A stretch of DNA of 64,000 nt from Eledone cirrhosa. Taxonomy: Eukaryota. The notes under the pieces were generated by a model. The model had not been told where the DNA came from, did no database searches, and was given only the letters and a program-made list of their open reading frames with translations. The stretch is taken from positions 36,952,001-37,016,000 of the forward strand of contig OZ024745.1 of assembly GCA_964016885.1 (NCBI GenBank), written 5' to 3'. Below, piece by piece: positions 1 to 11,660 of this stretch. How positions within the stretch are numbered: position 1 is the first letter of the stretch; each line of letters opens with the position of its first letter. The position numbers were made by a program, and so were the translations under genes.

Positions 1-527
1 GGTGGTATTTTCGAATATTTAAGCAGCTGCCACGGTGTTCCTGAACAAAAAATCTAAAATATAAAGCCACTTTAAAAGGTGAAATAGTCAGATCTAGCGT
101 AGTGCAAAATTTGATTAATGTGGGAGCTAGAGCCGAAAAAGTGGAAATTTGAGTCTAAAAGTGGTATTTTTGAATATTTAAGTGGCTGCCACACCGTCCC
201 TGAACAACTGCAAAATATAAAGCCATTACAGGATGTGCAATGATAAATTCTATTTTGCTTTAAAATGTGAACGAAATTGGTGGCAAAATGTGGGAGCTAG
301 AGCCTAAAATCATATATTTCGATACCTAAAATAAGGTGATCCCCCCCTATCGATTTTATCTGCAGAATGACCCCGGAATAAAAAAAACGATACGCTGATA
401 TATAGAAAACACTCCCCGATGACTAATCTATGAGCCTGTAAAGTTTCATGAAAATCGGTCGTAAGATGTAGGCCCCTATAAGTAAAACACAGACACACAC
501 ACACACACACACACACATACTTAATTT
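1..527. mobile_element. DINE-1/HINE-like (Helentron-associated) non-autonomous element, partial
   Basis: Two degenerate ~160-bp core repeats (1-160, 161-309), then aagtttcatgaaaatcggtc and a terminal (CA)n, an architecture typical of HINE/DINE elements. Confidence 0.5.
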
Positions 528-3433
528 TAAGCAAGAGCAATTAGAGTCGTACAAGGTAGAGGAACAGTGGGAATTCCTGAAAGCAAACCTGCTGATGGCG
601 GCAGACGAAGTCTGTGGCTGGAGCAGGCCTGTAGGCAGGAGGAGAGTAACATGGTGGTGGAACAGTAAGGTGGAAGGGTCAATCAAGGCCAAAAAGCAGG
701 CTTGGAAAGCATGGCGGGATGGGGGAAGTAGAGAAGACTATCAAGTGGCCAGGAGGGAAGCTAGGAGACAAGTGTACTTCGCAAGAAGGGAAGCAGAGGA
801 AAGAAAGTTCAAGCATGTTCTACAACGCGAGGACCAAAAACGTGAGGTGTTCAGGATTGCTAGGCAATGTGTCAAGGAAAACCGTGATATTGTCGGGGAG
901 AAGTGTGTACTTAACGATGATGGCGTACTTGCCATCACCGACGCTGATAAGAAGGTAGCTTGGAAGTGTCACTACGAAAGGCTACTAAATGAGGAGAATA
1001 AATGGGAGAAAGACAGTCTCCCCCACATCAATCCAATAGAGGGACCAGCAGTGTTAGTCGAAGGTAGTATAATAAGTAAGGCAATCAAAGATATGAAGAC
1101 AGGTAAGGCGGCTGGGCCTTCGGAAATAGTTGATGAGATGCTGAAAGCCTCCGGTACGGTGGGACACACCATGGTCACCCGGATAGTAAACCAAGTCATA
1201 CAGAATGGGGTTGTTCCGAAGGACTGGCGTAGCAGCATCATCGTTAACTGTTACAAGGGTAAAGGAGACGCCCTAGATAGGAGTAACTATAGAGGCATTA
1301 AATTAATCGACCAGGTCATGAAGGTCACAGAAAAAGTAATAGCGCAACTAATCAGAGAGAGAATTGATCTAGATGAAATGCAGTTCGGGTTTGTGTCAGG
1401 CAAAAGTACCACAGACGCTCTTTTCATTGTACGACAACTACAGGAGAAGTACCTAGCTAAAAGTAAACCCCTATACTTAGCTTTTGTCGACTTGGAGAAA
1501 GCCTTCGACAGAGTCCCCCGTTCCATTATCTGGTGGGCTCTTAGAAAACTAGGTGTTGACGAATGGCTTGTGAGAGCCATACAAGCCATGTATAAAGAAA
1601 CAGTCAGCAAGGTTAGAATTAACAACGAATATAGTGAAGAGTTTAGCGTAAAAGTTGGTGTCCATCAGGGCTCTGTTCTTAGCCCCCTACTATTTATTAT
1701 TGCCCTTCAGGCTATAACAGAGGAGTTCAAGACCGGCTGCCCATGGGAACTCCTATACGCAGATGATCTAACGCTCATAGCTGAATCAATGGCCAAGCTA
1801 GAGAAGAAATTCCAAACATGGAAGCACGGCCTAGAATCAAAAGGCCTTAAAATTAACCTGGCTAAGACTAAAGTTCTAGTTTGTAGGAAAGAAAATAAGG
1901 CGCCGGTCCCCTCCGGGAAATGGCCATGCTCAGTGTGTAGGAAAGGCGTAGGTAGAAACTCCATTTTATGTCCCAAATGCAAAGTATGGGTGCATAAAAG
2001 ATGTAGTGGGATCACAGGTAAGCTAAGAACACAGATTTTACATGTGGCCGGTGCTCTGGTGCAATAAGTAGCAGCAAGTGCCCACACAATACTAACTCTT
2101 TCAATTGCGCAGAGGGTTCTATAGAAATAGTGGACAGCTTCCGTTACCTGGGTGACAAAATCAGCAGTGGGGGAGGGTGCTCTGAAAGTACAGTAGCTAG
2201 AGTCAGAACTGGATGGAAAAAGTTCAGAGAGCTTATACCACTATTAGCCGCTAAAGGGTTCTCCCTAAAAATGAAAGGCAGGTTGTATGATGCCTGCATA
2301 CGAACAGCAATGTTGCATGGCAATGAGACCTGGGCATTGTGTGCAGAGGATATACGCAGACTAGAGAGGAACGAAGCTTGCATGCTCCGCTGGATGTGTA
2401 ATAGTAATATACGTGAACGGCAAAGCATAAACGAACTAAGGAAAAAATTAGAAATAAGAGGGATCAGATGTTGTTTACTCGAGAGAAGGCTACGTTGGTA
2501 TGGTCACGTGATGCGCATGAAAGACGACAGCTGTATAACAAAGTGCAGGGCAATAAAGATAGATGGTAGCCACGGAGTAGGCAGACCCAGGAAAACCTGG
2601 GATGAGCTGATAAACTCCGACCTCACACACTTACACCTCTCCAAGACAATGTCACTGGACCGAGACCTTTGGCGGTACTCAGTAACAGAGAAGACCCGCC
2701 TTACCTAAATACAAAGTAAAACCTACTAGTCAGTAAGCATCTCTAACAAAATACACCCCCGTCCCACCACCCCCACCCCATCCACACCGCCCCCTTCAAT
2801 GCAAAGTTATGTTGGTGCCACAACATCCAGGCCGAAACAAACGAGATCGTGTAGGTGTCACAACAAAAAAACACACAGTCCACGCTGTAATGTGGCCGTG
2901 TAGGCAACACGGTAAAAACCTCCCAGCCCCACACTGTAAATGTGGTTGGTGTTAGGAAGGGCATCCAGCTGTAGAAAACCCGCCAGACAGTCCACGCTGT
3001 AATGTGGCCGTGTAGGCAACACGGTAAAAACCTCCCAGCCCCACACTGTAAATGTGGTTGGTGTTAGGAAGGGCATCCAGCTGTAGAAAACCCGCCAGAC
3101 AGTCCACGCTGTAATGTGGCCGTGTAGGCAACACGGTAAAAACCTCCCAGCCCCACACTGTAAATGTGGTTGGTGTTAGGAAGGGCATCCAGCTGTAGAA
3201 AACCCGCCAGACAGTCCACGCTGTAATGTGGCCGTGTAGGCAACACGGTAAAAACCTCCCAGCCCCACACTGTAAATGTGGTTGGTGTTAGGAAGGGCAT
3301 CCAGCTGTAGAAAACCCGCCAGACAGTCCTATGCGAGCAAGACAACCACTCTTGCCTCAAGTGGGAAAATCCCCGTCCAAACCCATGCAAGCGTGGAACA
3401 GGGACGTTAAACGATGATGATGATGATGATGAT
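528..3433 (+). mobile_element. RTE LINE family A, copy 1 (5'-truncated; RT plus PHD finger; one 4-bp-deletion frameshift near 2022)
   Basis: RT motifs NYRGIKL, FVDLEKAFD, GVHQGSVLSP, YADD; C-terminal RRLRWYGHV...GRPRKTW; (GAT)7 tail at 3413-3433. Confidence 0.95.
2875..3329 (+). repeat. Four apparently identical 112-bp tandem units in the RTE-A 3'UTR
   Basis: cacgctgtaa recurs at 2881, 2993, 3105 and 3217; units are bounded by ACAGTCC. Confidence 0.95.
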
Positions 3434-3616
3434 ACAGATGTTTATTAAGTTATACTCCAAATACCAGCTTAATGATAACGTTTGTTATATTATTAAATAT
3501 CTTCAAATCCTTGATTAATTTGAAAATGATTTTAAAATTATAGGCAATGTTAACAATTAATACTAGAGACACATAAATACTGACAGTAAAAAAAGATTAT
3601 TACACATATTACTTAC

Positions 3617-3744
3617 CATACAAGATGTGAGCATATGGCTAAGCAGGACAACAGCAATCCATATGTACTTCTTTTTATCCCAAGCAGTGAAACAGATGAT
3701 CCCCCAGAATGTATGTAAAAATACAAACGACAATGTCAGGAAAG
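3617..3744 (-). CDS. APH1: APH-1 coding exon 5 (AFLTLSFVFLHTFWGIICF...VVLLSHMLTSCM); gene continues left of the window
   Basis: Polypyrimidine acceptor ttttctag| and donor ATG|GTAAGT; 128 nt; both conserved intramembrane histidines (LHTFWG, SHxLT). No further exon found in 1-3600. Confidence 0.94.
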
Positions 3745-4774
3745 CTAGAAAAAAAAAGAAATTTATCAAACACTTAAAATTCAGTGAGGACACTATTGTT
3801 GTTCTCAGTGCTGGCTCTTAACTTTTAACATCCTGTAATAATTTGGCAGAAAATATCTAAAAACTTGTTTGTTAATCCAAAGGTTTATAGAGTCTCTATT
3901 AATAATAATAATAATAATGAAATTATTGTGTAAAGTGCTCAGGTGCACTACAACTCGTCAAAGGTGCATGTATAGTACATAGAATAATATACAAATGTCA
4001 GGGAAGTGAATAGTGTATGAGTCATGATATACATGTGTATGTGTATGGAGGGGGAACAATAGGTGTTGTAAAGATTTGCAGAAAAATAAAGTAAAAATAT
4101 GATGCAGTCATAGGGCAGTTTTGTAGTTTTCAAGAATGTCATGCTAGTGAAGTTTCATGTAACATAGAACACTAAGAGTTAAACGTTACTGTTGTTAATC
4201 TACTTTTTCAGCAATCTTAACAAGAAAACATATTCAAAAACAAACACATGCCTCTGAACAATTTCCATCTACTAAATTTTACTCACAAGGCATCGATCGG
4301 TTGACCTGACAAAAAAAATGTTCCCAAGATGTCATGCAGCTAGACTAAACCCAAAACTACCTGGTGATGAAGCAAACACTTTAGCCACACAGCCATGTCT
4401 ACACCTACCAAGTTATATTGTAAATTTAATATGGTTGATAGATAATCTTGTAATTTACATGAAATATCTAGGTAAAATAAATGACAAATAACCTAGAATT
4501 TCATCGTTATCAACATTATTTTGTATTAGTTTTCAATGAGTTAGATAGGTTGTAACAGCCAAAGACTTGATGGGTCAGATGACCCTATCTTACTTATACA
4601 TTCCAATTTGATGGAACATATAAGCAAGACATGATCCTTTGAACCATTTTGATATGGTTTCTACGGTTGGATGCTCTTCTTACAACCAACCACTTTTCAG
4701 AATGTACTACATACATTTTATCATGGCACCCGCATTCTTGTCTTTATTTATTTTCAAATTAGAAAGTGTTGTAC

Positions 4775-4897
4775 CTGAAGCAAGGAAGAAATAAGGTGAA
4801 TCTCCATGAATACCAACTGTCCCTGGTCCTATCATGTCAGCTAAGACATTAATAAGTGAGAAGGCACCACATATAATACCAAAGCCAAGTCCTGATA
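4775..4897 (-). CDS. APH1: APH-1 coding exon 4 (VSGLGFGIICGAFSLINVLADMIGPGTVGIHGDSPYFFLAS)
   Basis: Acceptor tatttcag| and donor G|GTACAA; 123 nt; TM4 GxxxG motif and GPGTVGIHGDS. Confidence 0.95.
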
Positions 4898-5732
4898 CTG
4901 AAATATAAAAAGACAGACATAATAATATAGTAAAATAGTAAAAAAATGTATTTGATTATTTCTGAAAATAACAAGTGACTGGGTAATGGCATGCTAGGTA
5001 TTATGACTACATTACTTTGTAAGTTACTGTACACTGGTAGTTTCCAACCATTGCAATACCAAGGACCTGGTTGATTTAAATGAATTTCCCCATAGATCAC
5101 AGGCTTTTGAAAGGTCTGTCTACACAAGACGCTCATGCACCCCACCAGTACTATTTTTTTTAGATTGCCAGAAGTCTGCAAGCAACAAGTGGAGAACTAC
5201 TGGTGTAAATCATACCTCAATGTACAGAATGTTAGCTAACACCCAGCTCTCAGCATTTTACCTGGGTAGCACCCAGTTTCTTAACATCACTTCTTGCTAC
5301 CCACTAGCCCCATTTTTCCTCTTCCTGGTCTATTCCTTAGATCTTGCCAATATATTCTATTATTCCAACATCCTGTCACCCGCTACCTGGCCGAGGCCTG
5401 ATTCCATCCACAGATCTGTTATTGACATTAACTACTACACTCAACAGTCTGGTCTACTCCTTGAGCAAATATGTAAATATAACAATTTAGTCTGTGATGA
5501 ACTGTCCAACCCTTCCTAAAGGAGAAAACAGACATTAAATGATGATGATAATCATACATGGATATGATGAACTGTCATCAATTTGGACAAAAGTATTCCA
5601 GTTGTTTGATCAATGGAACAACCGATTCATTGTATTATAATATAAATGGCTGAGTATTCCACAGATACTTGCACATTTAAAGAAATGCTTAGGTAGAATC
5701 AGTGTGATATTATCTGTGAATTGTTCATCCAA

Positions 5733-5880
5733 TGGGCTTCCACAGAGTTTCCATCAATCCAATTTCATTCACCAGGCTCGGGTCATCCTGACACCCCGAT
5801 AGAAGAAACCTGCCAAAGGTTCCACACAATGAGATCAAAAACTTGGAACCTTGTGACTGCAAACCTAACTTCTTAACCAT
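5733..5880 (-). mobile_element. tRNA-derived SINE (family C) interrupted by the CRE element; its head continues at 8180-8200
   Basis: Matches SINE-C copies at about 4255-4410, 26860-27010, 40888-41012, 49990-50150, 58130-58265 and 62920-63020. Confidence 0.65.
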
Positions 5881-8179
5881 CATTAAGTAATGTCAGTTTC
5901 ATGAGGAGATAAAACGCCTCCATCCTTTGGAAGGAAAATAAAAAAATAAAAAATGAGTATAAATCCTGGAAAACTGTAAGTCCGGTATTGGAAAAGGAAA
6001 AGAAAAAAAGAGAGGAAAAAAAAATCACAAGGGATTGACACTCCAAATTCACTATTTTCCTTTTACTTTGCTCACCAATAGGCTCATTCATGGTGCCCTC
6101 GACCCTTACGCCCGAGGCCACTTTTTTTCGGCCAGCCTCACCGCTCTCAGGAAGAAAGAGGGTGGCATACGCCCCATTGCTGAGGGTAATGTCTTCCGGA
6201 TGCTGGCTGCCAAGGTGATCTGCAAGTCCGTCACACATGAACTAGGTAAGGAGTTTACTCCGATGCTACTGGGTGTCGGTGTGTCCGGTGGTTGTGAGGC
6301 AGCCTCTCATGCAATCAGGCAGTTCTTCGGCAATTGCCCATCGGTACCGGCATCCAGGGACTCCAGGCACCTCATTGTCAAGCTTTACATGAGCAATGCC
6401 TTTAACTCTTTACGCCGGGATCATCTGCTCGAGGCCTGCCTCAGCTGAGTCCCCTCTGCCTACCCGCTGGCCTACCTGTCATATGGAGCCCCGAGCATGC
6501 TCCTAGCTGCTGATACGGTCATACCCTCGGCTACTAGGGTCCAACAGGGCGACCCTTTGGGACCCCTCCTGTTCGCCCTTGATGTTTACCACATCGCCCG
6601 GAGTATCACGGCCCCTCTCAACGTTTGGTATCTGGATGATGGTACATTGGGCGGGCCCGTACGAACGGACTGCCAAGACCTTCAATCGGTGATTCCTGCC
6701 CTGGCGGGAATCGGCCAAGTTGGAGGTGGTGAACGTCAGCCTCGATGCTGTGAGCTTTGCAGCCTCCGTCTTGGACATGCGGTCCATTCTCCGCCAGGTT
6801 CAGGTGACCCCCAAAGAGGATGTCCTCATCCTCAGGTCACCAATCCACCCGCGGACCATCCGCTCCACCATCAGGTCCAGGCTTCAACAGCTCCAGACTC
6901 TCACGAGCCGACTGGGCTTGATTGACGGCCACCCAGCTCTCTTTCTGCTGAGGAACTGCTTCGCCATGCCCAAGCTCCTCTATACACTCCGCAGCGCTCC
7001 ATGCTACACCCAGACATCTCTCTTCGCTGACCTCGATACTTGTATCTGAGCAGCAGCCGAGGGGATATGCAACGTCAAGTTTGATGACATAGGGTGACAA
7101 CAAGCCACTTTACCGGTCAGGTATGGCGGCCTTGGCCTCCAGTCCCCGATCTGACTAGCTTTGCCGGCATATCTTTCGTCAGTAACCTCGTGCCGCGTCC
7201 TCGTCAGCAGGGTTCTTCAAAACATAACAGAACCCTCTGTGTTCAGAGAACGTGAGGCCGCCTGAGACGTGGGACTGGCTGGGTCTTAGCCCAGTAGACG
7301 TCCCTCATCCTTCTCCCCCTGTTGACGTCAAGTCAACCCAACGCATTTGGAATGCCATCCAGTGCAGCCTGGCCTCAGACAGGTTCACGCGCCAGCTCGA
7401 CCAGCACCGCCTTGCTTGTTTTCGTGCGGCCTCCCAACCCCACTGTGGTGCCTGGCTCCATGCTCTGCCCTCCTTCTCCACTGTCACACAGCTAGACAAC
7501 CATAGCCTGCGAATCAGCGTTTCCCTGAGGCTCGGCCTCCGGATCTGCCAGCCATACCAATGTCGCTGCGGTTCCACCGTGGACTCTTTCGGCCTCCACC
7601 CGCTTTCCTGTCACCACAGTGCCGGCCGCATTCCACGCCATACTGCCCTCACCGAGGTCATTAAACATGGCTTGGACGCTGCAGGCTTCCCTTCCCAGCT
7701 TGAGCCGGTGGGGCTGGATCGAGGGGACGGCAAAAGGCCAGATGGCATGACCATCTTCCCGTTCCGCGGTGGCAAACCCCTCATCTGGGATGCCACTTGC
7801 ACCGACACTTTCTGCAGCCGCAAACTAGTGCAGTCTGCGACTGACCCAGGTTCTGCTGCACGTCGGGCTTTTGGGGGCCAAACTCCTCAAATACCGGTCG
7901 CTCTCCGACAGGTTTGCAGTCTTCCCCCTGGCAGTGAAGACTTCTGGTGTCCTCGGCCCCAGGGCTATCGCCTTACTCACCACCATAGGTGCTGAGCTGG
8001 CCAGCCGCAGGTGTGAGCCCCGCGAGTTGGAGTGGCTTTTCCAGCGCGTCTCCCTTACCGTCCTCTGGGGAAACGCCTTCTCCATTCTGTCTGCCGGGGC
8101 TGTGGGTGGACCCCATCGCGTACCATTACATTAGTTAAATACCATTCTTTCATCTCATACATATCTATAACACACTTGC
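5881..8179 (+). mobile_element. CRE-clade non-LTR retrotransposon (RT, CCHC knuckle, restriction-like endonuclease), 5'-truncated and decayed
   Basis: ALRKKEGGIRPIA, SNAFNS, VQQGDPLGPLLF, WYLDD, CRCG...HPLSC...RH, KRPDG...IWDATC. GC-rich; several stops and frameshifts; 13-bp direct repeat ACTTCTTAACCAT at 5868-5880 and 8180-8192. Confidence 0.85.
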
Positions 8180-8221
8180 ACTTCTTAACCATACATCCAT
8201 ATAGGCCCATATCATTGTTAG

Positions 8222-8815
8222 TTTCATCATTTTTACACCCATTTTTCCATGCTGGAATGGGTTGGACAAAATCTTTTCCAATACAGTATCCCCCCCCCCC
8301 ACCTCCTCCTATTAGTCATTTGACATCTCCACCACTTCTTCCCATTTCTTCCTCTTCCTCAGGCTCCTTCCACTTGGATTGCCTGGCACTTCTATACCTA
8401 TTAGCTTTCATATACATCATATATCCATAACAATATATGCAGTTTTTCTGATAGATCATTTGTGCTCCATCATTGATGCACACTAACATCTTGCTGAAAA
8501 TGGTCGCTTCGTTCCTTTACAAACTTTTCATATGCTACTCATTCAATACCCATGTGTCAGTACAATGTAACATCACATTTTGCACAGAAACATCTTACAC
8601 TCTGCCCTTTACTTAGAGAAAGAATCCCTTAGTTACCATCTCAACTCTTGTACACAGCACACATCTATTCTTTTCTGCTCTAACATCTCTACAATCTCTC
8701 CAGACCTACCTTTCATTGTGCCAACATTGATGGTGGCAGCCCACAAGTTTTGTACCTGACAAGGAGAGGAAAATTTCCAGTGGTGGGCTGGTTGTTTGAT
8801 GTCCATTTTCAGCAA
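8222..8815 (-). mobile_element. Old internally deleted RTE-A-like element
   Basis: The endonuclease start (NVGTMKGRSGEIVEMLEQKRIDVCCVQELRW) is fused directly to a decayed KGFSLKMKGRLYDAC...ETW region and the RTE 3' tail. Confidence 0.65.
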
Positions 8816-9067
8816 AACAAACTATCTGTAACATGGTTTAAAGACATAACCTTACAGCCAGTAAACCTGTGACCTTAACCATTCAACAAATTATTCCAAT
8901 AAAATATATAACAATTGTGATCAACATATTTACAAGTATTAGTAACTAACTAACTTGTATCTAAATATTAAATAATGAAATGTAAAATCATGTATTAATA
9001 AATACCATGGAAAACAAAAGGGGTTAATGCTGTAGTAAACTATTGCAATACTTTGTAAATGTCTTAC

Positions 9068-9162
9068 CATATGCCATGATATTTTTGTTTGTGATATCTT
9101 TGGATCGTATACTCTCAGATCGACCTTGTTGACTGACTTTTTGAAGGCCTTCATCTGCTTTT
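9068..9162 (-). CDS. APH1: APH-1 coding exon 3 (KADEGLQKVSQQGRSESIRSKDITNKNIMAY)
   Basis: Acceptor tgaacag| and donor G|GTAAGA; 95 nt; KADEGL and MAY motifs; phases join exons 2 and 4. Confidence 0.93.
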
Positions 9163-10080
9163 CTGTTCAATGACATATTTAAAACACATTATTGAAATAA
9201 ATATCTAATTTGCTCAATACACAAAGTGAATCTATTTTTTTTGTTTTTATGTATTTTTGAAAACAAATCTACATTCCTTTGAACCATTTTAAATGACTTA
9301 TTTATATTATTTATTTTAGATGTCTCCCTTATTAGCTTATTTCTTGTTAAGCTGCATGTGATGGTAAATAGATAAATATATCTTATGTAGAAGAGACATA
9401 TAACACAATAGCTATAAAAATGTTTGTACTAATATCTGTCTGATAAGTATGTAGCTATTTTAACCCAATGGTCAAGCAAACTTTTTTAACCCTCTTGGCA
9501 CTGTCGGCGACTGAATGCGCCGATAGAGTAATCTTGTCTTAATACATAATACACTGTCAAGGGAAGCAATTCATAAAAGATTCAGCCTCCAGAAAGGTCA
9601 AGTCCTAAAATGTATTTCACATATTAGTTGTCACAAGATTTCTTAAATCCTGAAAGGAATATATCTAAAAACCTGTACAAATATAAAGACAACTAACAAC
9701 AATGCAGTAATACTGGATTATTTTATAGACAAAAGACTCCGTTGTTGTTGTAGTTGTTTAGCCCTAAGTCTGCTCTGATCATGCAGACCTTTGGCCAAAA
9801 AACATGTCAGCTATGACCATATTTTTGGTATATCAAGAATTACATTTTTACATTGTCCAAGACAGGATGTCTGTTCCAGGTCTGTGCATTCTGAGTTCAA
9901 ATCCTGCCTCCTGTCACCAGAAAAATAGTATAGTAATGGGACTAGAGACCCCATCATTAAAACACCCAATTCATGAGATTCAACCTCATAGGAAGCTGGC
10001 AAAACCTGCATAGAGGTGAACCATAATAGATAACAATAACAACATCATATCTTGCAAAACTAAAGAAAATAGATTCTTAC

Positions 10081-10245
10081 CGTAACAGTTTGTAGAAAAG
10101 ATACCGAAAGAGTTCTTGAAATATTACAGAGAAGACCAAACCAGTTATTAGAGATTCTCGCAGTTTGTTGTCACCAGTCATTAGCCCTTTCACTGCAAAC
10201 CAAATGATCGATGAGAAGAGCAGCGAAAGTAACCAGAAGAAGCCA
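10081..10245 (-). CDS. APH1: APH-1 coding exon 2 (SGFFWLLSLLFSSIIWFAVKGL...GLVFSVIFQELFRYLFYKLLR)
   Basis: Acceptor tttcacag| and donor CG|GTAAGA; 165 nt, phase-compatible; conserved FFWLxSLL and QExFR motifs. Confidence 0.95.
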
Positions 10246-11014
10246 CTGTGAAAGTAAATAGAAAAATTAAATATTAGATTATACACTTATACAGACAGCT
10301 AATGATGAGTACATGTAAACAACAAGCGTTCTAACCATTTTGTTAACATATTTCTTATGAAATATACTGCATTTGAATTAATTAATGAAGAATTTAGAGG
10401 GATTTACAATGATTATTATTAAGATTGTATTAGAAACTTAATAAAAGGGTCTTTTATCAAATTACGTTTAGAATTTTTAATTTAAATAGAAACATTTTAA
10501 AATGGGTGGTTGTTTCAGCTGCAGTTTTGGGAGGGTTGGTATTAAAAGTTGCCTACTAAAATAGCAGTTAGCCTTGTAGGCCCCACGACAAGGTTCATAC
10601 TCATTATAGAGTCCTTTTTAAAGAAATGTTTTATGGCTGGATACCTTTCCTGGAGCCAACCCTTTTAATTGTCTCTTACAACACATGGGATATAATACTT
10701 TTACAATAGAAGCAGATATCAAATTTTCAACACACCTATTCAACAATACCATCATCAACATCATAAACACAATCATTATGATCAATAGGACCACCATCAC
10801 CACTCTCAAGGCCACAATCATCATCCTTACCATTAATATCATGCCCATCACCTCCATCACCACTAACCCAAAAGTGGACCGAGAACTAGACCCTGGTGGA
10901 CACCTACCTAGACCCTTCACCACACTAACATGTGTGGCCTTGTGCCAATGTTAGAAATCAATATTATAGCAACAACATGTATTGATAAAGAGACAATAAA
11001 AAGAACTCACTGAC

Positions 11015-11127
11015 CTCGCAATCAGAACAATAACCCTTAAGGGATCAGGGGCAATTGTAAAGATAAACATTGCCAAAGGAGGCCCAAAAGCAATGAATGT
11101 ACAACCAAAAAATTCCATCATCGTCAT
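11015..11127 (-). CDS. APH1: APH-1 gamma-secretase subunit, first coding exon (MTMMEFFGCTFIAFGPPLAMFIFTIAPDPLRVIVLIA)
   Basis: Hand translation gives the canonical APH-1 N-terminus (FFGCTFIAFGP...DPLRVI). ATG at 11127; GT donor at 11014 (AG|GTCAGT), phase 2. Candidate acceptors upstream at 11151 and 11263 imply a further 5'UTR exon. Confidence 0.95.
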
Positions 11128-11429
11128 ATTGGCAGATTTTGATAATATATCTGTATAGAAGTAGTAGAAGTAGTATTAGTAGCAGCAACAGCAGCAATAC
11201 AGGAGTTTGTAAAGTAGATTAACAATGGAGGCACTAGTGTGATGTTCAACAGGAACTGTTAGCTGTAATAAAAATAAAGAAGAATAGAAAAGATGAAACA
11301 ATGAATGAGGATGTAGAAAACTCATAACATTTTCATTACCATATTTCTAATAAAACAAAAAAACATTACCCACGATTCTCAAACCATTTTGAAAATAATC
11401 AAGAATTTGGAGGGATTTAGTAATATAAC

Positions 11430-11660
11430 TACTGTATATACTTAAATATAAGCTGACCCCCACCCCACCCCACTCCCTGTTTTATGTCTGAGAATTGGGC
11501 AAAAATCCAAACCCCATTCATAAACCGTGGCAGCTAATCAACACATTATGGCACAGTTTTGAAATTCTCACGAGTGGAGAAAATGTTGACGAAGTTTTGA
11601 TATTTAAAATGTTTTAAGTGTCATTTAGAGTATAGTTTTTGTTTCACAAATCCACTACAT
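11430..11660 (+). mobile_element. Old DNA-transposon-derived repeat (pogo/Tc2-like terminus); second copy about 37980-38210
   Basis: Shared gggcaaaaatccaaaccc...cagctaatcaaca...gttttgaaattctca block; starts tactgtatatacttaaatataagctga. Confidence 0.45.

Noticed and set aside
2875-3329. CRISPR-like array
   Set aside because: Units are contiguous and identical with no unique spacers; eukaryotic LINE context and no cas genes.
2743-3390. Repeated minus-strand ORFs MPFLTPTTFTVWGWEV (also at 19378, 29495, 42563, 54310, 54587)
   Set aside because: Antisense translations of the RTE-A and SINE 3'UTR repeat, not a peptide gene family.
10618-10954. Hydrophobic or Ile/Thr-rich ORFs on both strands
   Set aside because: Translation of a degenerate (CAT/CAC)n tract and SINE pieces inside an APH1 intron.
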